From: a bacterium
GTDB taxonomy: Bacteria; Patescibacteriota; Patescibacteriia; Magasanikbacterales; GWA2-37-8
NCBI GenBank assembly: GCA_043810165.1
Contig: JBDROJ010000027.1
Location: 36,974-100,973, forward strand
Reading direction: 5' to 3'
DNA: 64,000 nucleotides
The translations under genes and the position numbers were made by a program. This document shows, in pieces, positions 49,471 to 58,588 of this stretch. How positions within the stretch are numbered: position 1 is the stretch's first letter; each line of letters opens with the position of its first letter. The notes beneath the pieces are model-generated. The model saw only the letters and a list, made by a program, of their open reading frames with translations. It ran no database searches and was not told the origin of the DNA.

Positions 49471-51807
49471 TTATATTTTTTCTTTTTGCAGATCATCTAT
49501 TATATCCTTGGATTCTTCCGGGGTTAGCTTCCAACCAGGCGGGCTATCTTGATCTAGAATCTGCCTAAGTAATCTTCCTCCGTTTTTTTGATCAAGTGGC
49601 TTGGGCGCTAATCCATAACCGCTTAGCATTTTTTTTACTTCATCGCCTGTTCTCTGCCTTCTTTTTTTGACAGTTCCTTTCTTTTTAATTTTACCAGAGT
49701 GCGCAACTACTTCAGGCGCAAATACGAGTTTTGATTTTTGATCTGGCCTAACATCAGTCTTTGTTTTTGCCTTTAAATCAACCATATCCTTGCCCGCTGT
49801 TTTTGCCTTGGATAATATTTTTTTATATACCTCTTTTTTTCTAGCTTGTTCAGCCTTAAAATCAATTCTCTTAATAGCTTTAGCCTTTTCCTCTTCTGGC
49901 TGTTCCACATCATTTTGAAAAGCTTCATAAGCAAGCCCGCCTGCGACTGCGCCAATACCGGCAACTGCGATTGCTTTTTTCCAATGTTTTTTTGCAAAAT
50001 TTGGTTCTTCATTATACCTTCTAACTCTTGGTTCAGCAACTTGAGTAAATAATTCCGCACCTCTTACCGGATCATACATTCCTTCAGGTTTTATTTTAGC
50101 TTTACCAGCTGTGAGAGACTTAATTGCATCCAAAGTCACACGCATTAAAGCCATACCTCCCACGAACTGACCTTTTTTAATGGTTTTCAGCCATGCTATA
50201 TCAACATTTTTACCGTATAACAATTTATCAAAGAAACCAACTTTTGTCTTATATGACCGCTCCAATACTCCATTAAACAACGCTAACGTCATATCTCTGG
50301 CTATTTTGTCAGCTTCTCTCTCCAAATCCGCATGCACATCCGTGGAAAAATTTTCATAGACTTGTTCTAGAGTGGGCTTTATGATATTTACAGCCAATAT
50401 TCTTTGTATTTCTGATTTATCTTTTCTGATCAAGGCGCTTTTAATTTCTTCCCATCTTATTGTAAATCTGGCTTTTAAATTTTCTTCCAAAGTAGCAAAT
50501 TCTTGGGCATCAATCATAGCAGGGTCCAGGTTTTCTATTGACTCATTATCAACAAACGGCGATTCGGCCGGTTTTTCAAAATCATCCTCTGTTTCTTTTT
50601 CTTGTACAATTTCATGGCCCTGTTTTTTTATAAACTCATTCAAAGGAACCCTAATCATTTTTCCCTGACTTTTTATTTCTTCCCATTCTTCGTCAGTAGC
50701 TAAGACAGCCTCTTTTTCGTTAGATACAAATGGTGATTCGGCCGGTTTTTCATAAACAGTCTTAGAATCTAAATAATTCTCCCTGGTCATTTTCACTTGT
50801 TTTTCAAAATTTTTAGCTACCTGGACTGGTAAATTTTCTATATCTTCTTCATAATGAGAAATTATCTCTCCTATGGTGGAAATATACATTTCTTCTCCGC
50901 CTTGCTCAATATCTTCAGGTTCAACATCTTGCAACATCTTTGCATATTGTGATATTTCAGATTTCAAAGATTGTGCTTCTTTAGTAATTAACAAACTTGT
51001 GGGCAATTCTTTGATTTTTTTCAGCAAGATTGTAAGCCTGTCTCTCAATCGCTTAAGACCAAATTTCAAATTGGGTGGTTCTCCTTCTCCGCCACCACCG
51101 CCTGCTTTGGCTGAATTCTCTTCAACTTGAGTGGATTGCGAAAACGAACCGGGCTGGCTATTATCACCGGATACATTGTCCACGGACGCGGTTCCAACCA
51201 CGGTTTCTGACTTGTGAAGGCTCTCAAGAATTTGAGTGAATTTTTTAATCTCTTCCAAACTATAATTTTTGGCCTTTTTTACCAATTTCCACATCTTTTC
51301 GGCAGTTGCTTGATCCTTTATTTTTCCTATCATTTGAGCTGCTAAAACATATTCAACTGCCCTTTCAGTTTTTTCTAAATCATGGTGGCTCAAATGTTCC
51401 GGATCTACGGAAGCAAAAACTTTGGCGTATTTATCCCTTAAATCAGAATTCTGTATTTGCTCGGCCCTTTGTTCAATTTCTGTCAACTTATTTTCTATAA
51501 ATTCACGTTCTTGCTTTTTCAATTGCGCTACCCGATCTTTTAATCTGGCCAAATCTTGATTGACCGTATCATCTTCAAAGCCACCTTCTCTAATCATCAT
51601 GTCAGTAATATTTAAATCTGATTCAAGATCTTGATAATCTGATTTTTTTTGTATTTTAATATCAGCCAAATCTTTTCTTAAAGATTCAACCAATTTCAAA
51701 CGAGATTCTTTTAACTTTGGAGTAAACTGAAGAACTTCGGCGCCTTGTCTTTGTGTTTCTCTATTGTCTTCGCCAAACGAATGAGTATTTTTAGCAAAGT
51801 CAATCAT
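49471..51807 (-). CDS. large coiled-coil hypothetical protein (778 aa) with an internal direct repeat
   Basis: Long charged helical protein. Repeated peptide (Y/F)EKPAESPFV(S/D)NE is encoded by a ~30-nt direct DNA repeat at ~50553 and ~50725. Glycine-rich patch AGGGGGEGEPP and one hydrophobic segment near the C-terminus. Confidence 0.5.
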   Translation of the reverse strand: MIDFAKNTHSFGEDNRETQRQGAEVLQFTPKLKESRLKLVESLRKDLADIKIQKKSDYQDLESDLNITDMMIREGGFEDDTVNQDLARLKDRVAQLKKQEREFIENKLTEIEQRAEQIQNSDLRDKYAKVFASVDPEHLSHHDLEKTERAVEYVLAAQMIGKIKDQATAEKMWKLVKKAKNYSLEEIKKFTQILESLHKSETVVGTASVDNVSGDNSQPGSFSQSTQVEENSAKAGGGGGEGEPPNLKFGLKRLRDRLTILLKKIKELPTSLLITKEAQSLKSEISQYAKMLQDVEPEDIEQGGEEMYISTIGEIISHYEEDIENLPVQVAKNFEKQVKMTRENYLDSKTVYEKPAESPFVSNEKEAVLATDEEWEEIKSQGKMIRVPLNEFIKKQGHEIVQEKETEDDFEKPAESPFVDNESIENLDPAMIDAQEFATLEENLKARFTIRWEEIKSALIRKDKSEIQRILAVNIIKPTLEQVYENFSTDVHADLEREADKIARDMTLALFNGVLERSYKTKVGFFDKLLYGKNVDIAWLKTIKKGQFVGGMALMRVTLDAIKSLTAGKAKIKPEGMYDPVRGAELFTQVAEPRVRRYNEEPNFAKKHWKKAIAVAGIGAVAGGLAYEAFQNDVEQPEEEKAKAIKRIDFKAEQARKKEVYKKILSKAKTAGKDMVDLKAKTKTDVRPDQKSKLVFAPEVVAHSGKIKKKGTVKKRRQRTGDEVKKMLSGYGLAPKPLDQKNGGRLLRQILDQDSPPGWKLTPEESKDIIDDLQKEKI

Positions 51808-51816
51808 AAAATTTAA

Positions 51817-52476
51817 TTAGGTAAACAAGTAGCGTTTTTTATATTTAACCACCCATGATCCGGAAAGCAATACGCCTAATACAAAGCCCGCTAATATATT
51901 TAAGACAAAACTAGGACGGGCAGGAAAACTCGGGTATATTGGGGCGCTTACCACTTTTATAATCACATTTCCACCAACATATTCCCAACCCTGGCTTGAT
52001 AAAGTTTTTGCAACAGCATTAGCCAAATTAACCGCATCACCCTTGCTGTAACTGTAGGCTTTAATATTCATAATTCCGGCGCCATAAACCATGCTAGACT
52101 GAATATCTTTAGCCCATTTTTTTCTTTTCTTTTTTTCAGTTAAATTATCCCACTGATTTCTATCAAACTTCTGCAGGCTATTGTCCATAACGCGCTTGTA
52201 AAAATCACTGGTTTTCATTATTTGCCCCAAATTTTCACCGATTTTTTCAGCTGATCTGGACTGCGTATATGGATCAACTCCGCTATTGTCGCGGGAAATA
52301 ATCAATATTTGAGATTCAGCGCTGTATTGTCTTGGCAAAAGTACAGAGATAAGAGTTGAACAAAAAATAAAAAACAAACCCCAAGCTAAAACTAGTTGGT
52401 AATTTTTTAATAGAACTTTAAGCATATTCTTTAAATTAATTCTAAAGGGATAAGCCCTTAAAGAAAATTCCCCCAA
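51817..52476 (-). CDS. Wzz/CapA-like polysaccharide co-polymerase (chain-length determinant)-like bitopic membrane protein
   Basis: N-terminal TM followed by PRQYSAESQILI (compare PKYQA..QILV of CapA/Wzz) and a C-terminal TM after a P-rich segment (PARPSFVLNILAGFVLGVLL). Confidence 0.5.
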   Translation of the reverse strand: MGEFSLRAYPFRINLKNMLKVLLKNYQLVLAWGLFFIFCSTLISVLLPRQYSAESQILIISRDNSGVDPYTQSRSAEKIGENLGQIMKTSDFYKRVMDNSLQKFDRNQWDNLTEKKKRKKWAKDIQSSMVYGAGIMNIKAYSYSKGDAVNLANAVAKTLSSQGWEYVGGNVIIKVVSAPIYPSFPARPSFVLNILAGFVLGVLLSGSWVVKYKKRYLFT

Positions 52477-52515
52477 AGAGCAAGCATTAAACTGGCAAGC
52501 TCTGAAAGAATAATT

Positions 52516-53631
52516 TTAATTATCAATGGTTTTTTTAACCACCGGCAATTCAAGCTCTAAGAGTTTGCCATTGCGCAATAATTTTATTTTAACTTTTTGA
52601 TTATTACTAAGAGTATACCATAGATTTGCCTCGTCAACAAGCAATCCGTTAATTTCTGTTATAAAATCGCCAACGCGCAACAGACTTTTTTCCTGCCAAA
52701 CGCCATCTATAACAAATCCATCTTCTCTTAAGCCATTAATAATTACAGGCTGTCCCTGACTGAACCAACCATTCACACCCAATGAAGGATATTCCAAACT
52801 TTTTTTATTTAAAAATTCAGACAGCATCCTGGTGATATAAGTATTGGGAAGCATTTTACCCTGGCCCATGCTAATCCCCACTACTCTGCCCTGCCCATTC
52901 ACAACTATCTTTCCCTGGCCGAAAGAACCACTTAAAAAATAACTGGAAGCCGGCGCCGTATCCAAGCGCAATTTTTGTTTGGTCAAATACGACCTCTGAC
53001 CGATTAAACTGTAATTCCAATCGCCTCCATCATAAACAAAAACTTCATCGCCATTTTTAATTGTCTCGCTAAAATTAACCACTTTAAATTGTCCTGATTT
53101 TATTTTTAAATAAACCAATCCTGAATTTTTGTCATTAACTTGCTTTTCTATTTCATAAACTCGATCATCTTGGCTCAAAGCCATCATTTTATTGTTCTTG
53201 CCAGGTAGCACAAAATCAGGCTTATACATAACTACCCAACCGTCTGAACTAACTAAAATGGCCTCGCCTAATTTTAATTGGTCATCCAGATAAATTGATT
53301 TGGAAGGTTCGGATAAATTAGAAGCCGATTGATAAACATATATGATTCGACTGGCTATCTCGCTATGAACCCTGTCTTCCAGCTGATTACGCGATATGGC
53401 CGGACGCTGATAAGAGGTTATCCAAATATCACCGGCTCCAACACTTGGCCATATCCAGCCCAAGACCATGGCCGCGCCAGACATACTTACAGCCAAACTA
53501 AAAAAAGCAACAAACAACAAAAATTTAAGTCTTTGCCAAAGACGATGGTTATACAAATTACATGAAGGCACGGGTAAATGCGGTGATATTTTTTTCATAA
53601 TTGTTATGTTCAGTTTAGATGTTATTTCCAA
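52516..53631 (-). CDS. membrane-anchored trypsin-like (HtrA-like, probably catalytically degenerate) domain + PDZ protein
   Basis: N-terminal TM. SGSFGQGKIVVNGQGRVVGI resembles the GNSGGPL...G.V.GI segment, but the His/Asp positions are not conserved. C-terminal PDZ-like GDFITEINGLLVDEANLWYTLSNNQKVKIKLLRNGK. Confidence 0.4.
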   Translation of the reverse strand: MEITSKLNITIMKKISPHLPVPSCNLYNHRLWQRLKFLLFVAFFSLAVSMSGAAMVLGWIWPSVGAGDIWITSYQRPAISRNQLEDRVHSEIASRIIYVYQSASNLSEPSKSIYLDDQLKLGEAILVSSDGWVVMYKPDFVLPGKNNKMMALSQDDRVYEIEKQVNDKNSGLVYLKIKSGQFKVVNFSETIKNGDEVFVYDGGDWNYSLIGQRSYLTKQKLRLDTAPASSYFLSGSFGQGKIVVNGQGRVVGISMGQGKMLPNTYITRMLSEFLNKKSLEYPSLGVNGWFSQGQPVIINGLREDGFVIDGVWQEKSLLRVGDFITEINGLLVDEANLWYTLSNNQKVKIKLLRNGKLLELELPVVKKTIDN

Positions 53632-54434
53632 CGAACCGCGAAAATTAAAAATAATAAAAATAAAATAAAATTTGCTCCTAAAAATTTAATTTGTCTTGCC
53701 CATTTGATTCCTTCAACAGTCAGGTTAAAACGCATTAACAGCCATAGAATATACCAAATCCAAATTAATATCAAACTGCCAACCATATGCCCAAAAGGCA
53801 GTTTTGATACTACCCAAATCAATTGCAATATTAAAATAAAAAACAATACTAAAGAAATTAAAAACTGCTTGCCGTATTTTAAACCATATTCCCACCACCA
53901 CCACCCGGCTAAAACCGTGCTGATTATGGCGGACATTATATACCAGACCCAATTATTAATTTGATATGCTATTTGAAATGAAATTAAGGCCTGTACGCCT
54001 GCGAAAATTCCGCTTAAGCCAACGGCCGTCATAATAAAACGCCATCTCATATGAGGCTTCATGGAAACAATCAAACTTATTTTAGAAGTCGGTAAAAACC
54101 AAAAGCTTAAAAAAGTCATTAGCAAAAATACAAGAGATAAAAGATACCAGCTTAAATTAGCTAAATGATCAACCGAATCTCTGTCTGTAAAGAGCAGTAG
54201 TAATACCAGCCCCAAACTCAATATTAACAAAGCCAAATAATGACGCCATCGTATTGCTTCCAATGGGTAATACATAAATCTGATAAAAATTAACCAGAGA
54301 GATTGCCTGCAGATCAAAATTATAACCAAAAACCACCAAGTCGGGGTTATTGTTAAAGAATATAAAAATAACGCACTCAAAAACAGATCAAAAATGGCTA
54401 CTAAACGAGGATGTAAAGAAATGGATTTTAGCAT
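53622..54434 (-). CDS. polytopic membrane protein, Trp-rich, hypothetical
   Basis: 7-8 predicted TM helices. Overlaps the downstream gene by 10 nt. Confidence 0.45.
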   Translation of the reverse strand: MLKSISLHPRLVAIFDLFLSALFLYSLTITPTWWFLVIILICRQSLWLIFIRFMYYPLEAIRWRHYLALLILSLGLVLLLLFTDRDSVDHLANLSWYLLSLVFLLMTFLSFWFLPTSKISLIVSMKPHMRWRFIMTAVGLSGIFAGVQALISFQIAYQINNWVWYIMSAIISTVLAGWWWWEYGLKYGKQFLISLVLFFILILQLIWVVSKLPFGHMVGSLILIWIWYILWLLMRFNLTVEGIKWARQIKFLGANFILFLLFLIFAVRWK

Positions 54435-54551
54435 AAATTTATCTTATTATACACTAAAATTGCTAAAAAGTCAAGTTTTGGCCATTGCTATCCAAATTAA
54501 ATTGTGCTATTCTAATATCTATTAAAGCCATACCAAGTTTTTTAAATTAAT

Positions 54552-54679
54552 CCTGTCATTGCGAGCGTAAGTGTTACTGTCATTGCGAGCGTAGCGAAGC
54601 AATCTCGTCGGTTCTAGTAATAACGAGATTGCTTCGCTACGCTCGCAATGACAAAAAAAACACGGCTCGCAATGACAGA
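54552..54679. repeat. GC-rich nested palindromic repeat element (family 1, full compound copy)
   Basis: Inner perfect 31-bp inverted repeat TGTCATTGCGAGCGTAGCGAAGCAATCTCGT / ACGAGATTGCTTCGCTACGCTCGCAATGACA, flanked by outer arms CTGTCATTGCGAGCG / GGCTCGCAATGACAG. Confidence 0.8.
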
Positions 54680-54714
54680 ATTAATACACCAAATCATCTG
54701 GTATAGAAAAAAAT

Positions 54715-55170
54715 ATGACTGGCAAATTACTTGCGAAAAACAAAAAAGCCTATTTTGATTATGAAATTCTGGAAACTCTAGAGGCTGGTTTAAAATTGCT
54801 TGGACATGAGGTAAAGTCAGCTAAAAATAGCAGTCTTAATCTAAAAGGCAGTTATATCACTTTCCATAAAGACAAGCCTGGCGTCAGTAATATGCATATT
54901 TCCAAATACAAGCCAGCCGGAGCCTTGCCAGACCACGATCCTGAACGCTGGAGAGATGTTTTATTGAAAAAAAAACAAATAGCTTATATAAAAGAAAAAT
55001 CAACTGAAAAGGGCTTGACAATCATACCACTTAAGGTGTATACTAGCGGACGTCTAATTAAATTAGAAATAGGCATTTGCAAAGGCAAAAAAACCTATGA
55101 TAAACGTGAAATAATCAAGAAACGTGACTTGGATAGAGAAATTAAACGTGATTTAAAAGGACAATATTAA
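54715..55170 (+). CDS. smpB: SsrA-binding protein SmpB
   Basis: N-terminus IAKNKKAYFDYEILETLEAGLKLLGHEVKS. Length 151 aa. Confidence 0.9.
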   Translation: MTGKLLAKNKKAYFDYEILETLEAGLKLLGHEVKSAKNSSLNLKGSYITFHKDKPGVSNMHISKYKPAGALPDHDPERWRDVLLKKKQIAYIKEKSTEKGLTIIPLKVYTSGRLIKLEIGICKGKKTYDKREIIKKRDLDREIKRDLKGQY

Positions 55171-55354
55171 GGCTATACCGCTAAATACGCTTTCGTAGCG
55201 AAATTGATAAATTATGAGACAAAATTATTGAACAAATTTTGAGGCCTAGCTTTAGCTAAGCCAAAAAATTTTGAAATGATTTTGACCATAATTTATCAAT
55301 TGCAGTAGAAATGGTATTTGGCGACAGGGCCTATAACCACAATCCCCCAAAATA

Positions 55355-55749
55355 GGGGGTGTCGGGCTTCGACAGGAATATTTGTTATCACCGGCATATT
55401 GAGCTGGCTCCATGCTCATAAATCTCTGGGGCGCAAACACAAATGCAAATTTGTACACAAAAGCAAAAACAGCTGTTGCACAAATGTTCAATAGCTACAA
55501 CTTTGCTCCGGCAATGGCTTAATTGCCTATGCCCATCGCGCTGGCCATACCTAGTAACCAGTTGCGGTGCCACTTACCAGGCGTAGGTTAAAAATCGTTC
55601 TGATAGATTTTTAACTGAAAGCAAATATTAGATAGCTATTTAAGTTTTGGTTCTCTTCCTACTTAATTAGCAAATTAAACAAGAGAACTAAATATGTAGA
55701 AGGTATTAACAAAATTATCTGCACGCGGGTTCAACTCCCGCCACCTCCA
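55355..55749 (+). ncRNA. ssrA: tmRNA (ssrA)
   Basis: The 5' end GGGGGUGUCGGGCUUCGACAGG matches the tmRNA 5' consensus (GGGGCUGAUUCUGGAUUCGACGGG). The 3' end GCGGGUUCAACUCCCGCC-ACCUCCA-C forms the T-arm and acceptor stem. The 7-bp acceptor pairing (5' GGGGGUG with 3' CACCUCC) includes one G-U pair, as in E. coli. An internal reading frame ends ...NFAPAMA-UAA. Located immediately downstream of smpB. Confidence 0.75.
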
Positions 55750-55768
55750 CTAAAGGTATAAACATTAT

Positions 55769-56314
55769 ATGCGCATTTCACGCAAAAAGAAAAAGGCTGT
55801 AATAAAAAGAGTATATTATTACAATGAGAGAATAACTGCACCTGAAGTTATTATTTTAGATTCGGAAGGCAATAATATAGGGGTAATGAATACGGCCGAG
55901 GCAATTCGCAAAGCCAAAGAAGAAGAAATGGATTTGATTTTAATCAATCCTAAATCCGATCCTCCCGTGGCTAAAATAGCGGACTATGGACAATTCCGAT
56001 ACCAGAAAGAAAAAGAGGAAAGAAAGAAAATAGCCAGACAGCATGTAACTGATATTAAGGGTATTAGGTTGTCTTTACGCATCGGACCTCATGATTTGGA
56101 GATAAGACGCAAGAGGTCATTAAAATTTTTAAATCAAGGCGACAAAGTTAAAATTGAAATAATTTTAAGAGGCCGTGAAAACAAACAAAAAGCAATCGGC
56201 TTTGAAATTATGGACAAATTTATCAAATCGATTGATGAAGCCGAGCCAGTGCGCAGAGAACAAGATATAGAATCACAATTTAATAAAATTACCAGCATAA
56301 TCGCTAAAAAATAA
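55769..56314 (+). CDS. infC: translation initiation factor IF-3
   Basis: INERITAPEVIILDSEGNNIGVM...DLILINPKSDPPVAKIADYGQFRYQ and the C-domain IKGIRLSLRIGPHDL. Confidence 0.85.
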   Translation: MRISRKKKKAVIKRVYYYNERITAPEVIILDSEGNNIGVMNTAEAIRKAKEEEMDLILINPKSDPPVAKIADYGQFRYQKEKEERKKIARQHVTDIKGIRLSLRIGPHDLEIRRKRSLKFLNQGDKVKIEIILRGRENKQKAIGFEIMDKFIKSIDEAEPVRREQDIESQFNKITSIIAKK

Positions 56315-56323
56315 TATACTAAT

Positions 56324-56521
56324 ATGAAGTTAAAAACAAATAAGGCAATTTCCGGAAGATTTAAAAAAACCGGTTCTGGCAAGCTTAAAAAAATAACTTG
56401 CGGGCAAGGCCATTTCAACACTCGTGAAACAGGCAAAGTTGGCCGTAATAAAAAGTCTGATAAGGTTGATAGTTGTGGAAAAAAAGTGATTAAAACAATT
56501 AATACCTATTTAGCCAAATAA
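56324..56521 (+). CDS. rpmI: 50S ribosomal protein L35
   Basis: MKLKTNKAISGRFKKTGSGKLKK pattern. Position between infC and rplT. Confidence 0.75.
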   Translation: MKLKTNKAISGRFKKTGSGKLKKITCGQGHFNTRETGKVGRNKKSDKVDSCGKKVIKTINTYLAK

Positions 56522-56556
56522 TTATAATACTAAATCAATAATAAACAAATTTCAAT

Positions 56557-56901
56557 ATGCCTAGAGTTAAAGGTGGAAAAGTGCATGCCAAGCGCAGGCG
56601 CGGTATCCTGAAACGCACAAAGGGGTTTAAATGGGGGCGAAAAAACAAAATAAAATTAGCTAAAATTGCTGATAAAAAAGCCGGCCAGCATGCTTACCGC
56701 GATCGCAAGGTCAAAAAAAGGACTAATCGTGGCTTGTGGCTGATCAGAATTAATGCAGCCGTGCGTGTATTTGGTTTAAGTTATAGCAAATTTATGGATG
56801 CCTTGAAAAAGAAAGAAATCGGATTAAATCGCAAAGTTTTATCGGAAATTGCCCATCAACAGCCTGAAATTTTCGCTAAAATAGTGGAGTCTGTTAAATA
56901 A
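56557..56901 (+). CDS. rplT: 50S ribosomal protein L20
   Basis: MPRVKGGKVHAKRRRGILKRTKGF...NRGLWLIRINAAVR. Confidence 0.9.
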   Translation: MPRVKGGKVHAKRRRGILKRTKGFKWGRKNKIKLAKIADKKAGQHAYRDRKVKKRTNRGLWLIRINAAVRVFGLSYSKFMDALKKKEIGLNRKVLSEIAHQQPEIFAKIVESVK

Positions 56902-56960
56902 TTGATTATCCACAACCGCTAAGACTTGACAAAAAGGTCAAAATGTGCTAGGATAAATTT

Positions 56961-57062
56961 ACTATATTAAAACAAGACCCTGAAGCTGTTTGGTATTAGG
57001 AGAAGCGTCCCCTCCTTCGCTTCCTACCTATTACCAAACACCGTCAGGGTCTTTTTTGTTTT
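56961..57062. terminator. very long near-perfect hairpin (~35 bp stem) followed by a T-tract; bidirectional terminator between rplT and the convergent guaB
   Basis: AAGACCCTGAAGCTGTTTGGTATTAGGAGAAGCG / CGCTTCCTACCTATTACCAAACACCGTCAGGGTCTT followed by TTTTTTGTTTTTTT. Confidence 0.55.
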
Positions 57063-57063
57063 T

Positions 57064-58542
57064 TTATTCGTATTTACTATAATTAGGCGCCGAATCAACT
57101 TGTTGCAGGTCATGGGGATGGTTTTCTTTAAGACTGGCCGAAGTGGTTCTAACAAACACGGCTTTATCTTGCAGTTCTTGAATAGTTTTAGCACCACAAT
57201 AACCCATTCCACTGCGTAAACCGCCAGCTAATTGATATAATATTCGTTCTACCGGGCCTTTGTATAAAACCTTGCCACTGACACCTTCAGGAACAAATTT
57301 CTTTTTTTCTTGAATATGTCCTTGGCCATAACGATCTTTACTCCCCTGCTCCATGGCTTCAATACTGCCCATACCACGATAAACCTTAAACATCTTACCG
57401 CCTACATATTCTACCCTGCCTGGTGTCTCGTCTGTTCCAGCTAGCATATTACCCACCATAATGGCTTGAGCACCAATGGCCAGAGCTTTTACCACATCAC
57501 CTGAACTTTTGATACCACCATCAGCAATCACTGATATTTTTTTGCCTGGCATTGATTTAACCGCATCCACCACTTCTTTTAAAGCAGATAATTGTGGCAC
57601 GCCAACACCTGAAATAACTCTTGTGGTACAAATTGATCCTGGGCCGATACCTACTTTCACTGCATCAGCTCCGGCTTCCACCAAATCCCTGGCCGCTTCG
57701 GCCGTGGCAATATTACCGGCAATAATGGGCAAGCCAATATAATTTTGTTTAATTTGTCTAAGAGTATCAATTACCCCGGATGAATGTCCATGGGCAGTAT
57801 CAATTACTATCACATCCACTCCTGCCTTGACCAAAGCCTGCACCCGATCCACGGCCGGCTGGCCAACGCTTACAGCTGCACCAACGCGCAACTGTTTGGA
57901 TCCGTTTTTGCAAGCATAAGGATATATTTCATTTTTTTCCAAATCACGCCTGGTTACCAAATTAGTTAACTTGCCCTGTCCATCAACCACGCATAAAGTT
58001 TTTACTCTTTTTTCATGAATCATTTTATTGGCATCATCCAGACTAATCCCCTGCCTGGCCACAACCATTTCTGACAATGGAAGCATGCGATCCTTTACCA
58101 GTAAACTATCATCTTGAGGATGAAAATAATCAATATCTCTAATAATTCCAACCAATACGCCTTGATTATCAACAACCGGCACTTTTTTAAAACCAAATCT
58201 ATTTTTAATCTCTGCCACTTTGCTGATTTGGTCATCCGGAAGAATAGTGATCGGATCTTCTATAAAACCATTTTCAAAACGCTTGACCAGGCTTACTTCA
58301 TCGGCCTGTTCTTGCACGCTTAGATTTTTATGGATAATGCCGATACCGCCAGTTAAGGCCATGGCAATGGCCATCTTGTGTTCAGTGACTGTATCCATGG
58401 ACGCGCTTAAAAATGGCGTGTTTAATTTTATGTCAGCAGTCAAATAAGTTTTTAATTCTGCATCTTTTGGCAAAATAAAAGACTTCTGCGGGACAAGCAA
58501 AACATCGTCAAAAGTTAGGGTTTGTTGGAAATTTTGAAACAT
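57064..58542 (-). CDS. guaB: IMP dehydrogenase (with CBS pair)
   Basis: Catalytic loop GIGPGSICTTR and NAD/IMP motifs (GGIKSSGDVVKALAIGA). CBS domains are inserted. Confidence 0.9.
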   Translation of the reverse strand: MFQNFQQTLTFDDVLLVPQKSFILPKDAELKTYLTADIKLNTPFLSASMDTVTEHKMAIAMALTGGIGIIHKNLSVQEQADEVSLVKRFENGFIEDPITILPDDQISKVAEIKNRFGFKKVPVVDNQGVLVGIIRDIDYFHPQDDSLLVKDRMLPLSEMVVARQGISLDDANKMIHEKRVKTLCVVDGQGKLTNLVTRRDLEKNEIYPYACKNGSKQLRVGAAVSVGQPAVDRVQALVKAGVDVIVIDTAHGHSSGVIDTLRQIKQNYIGLPIIAGNIATAEAARDLVEAGADAVKVGIGPGSICTTRVISGVGVPQLSALKEVVDAVKSMPGKKISVIADGGIKSSGDVVKALAIGAQAIMVGNMLAGTDETPGRVEYVGGKMFKVYRGMGSIEAMEQGSKDRYGQGHIQEKKKFVPEGVSGKVLYKGPVERILYQLAGGLRSGMGYCGAKTIQELQDKAVFVRTTSASLKENHPHDLQQVDSAPNYSKYE

Positions 58543-58588
58543 ATGTCTAATATGATATATTATATAGAATCCTTAGCAAAAAGCAAGC

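Noticed and set aside
55252-55573. Two minus-strand ORFs (79 and 61 aa) over the smpB-infC intergenic region
   Set aside because: The region is occupied by a tmRNA gene on the + strand with clear tRNA-like ends. The ORFs have odd composition and no SD.
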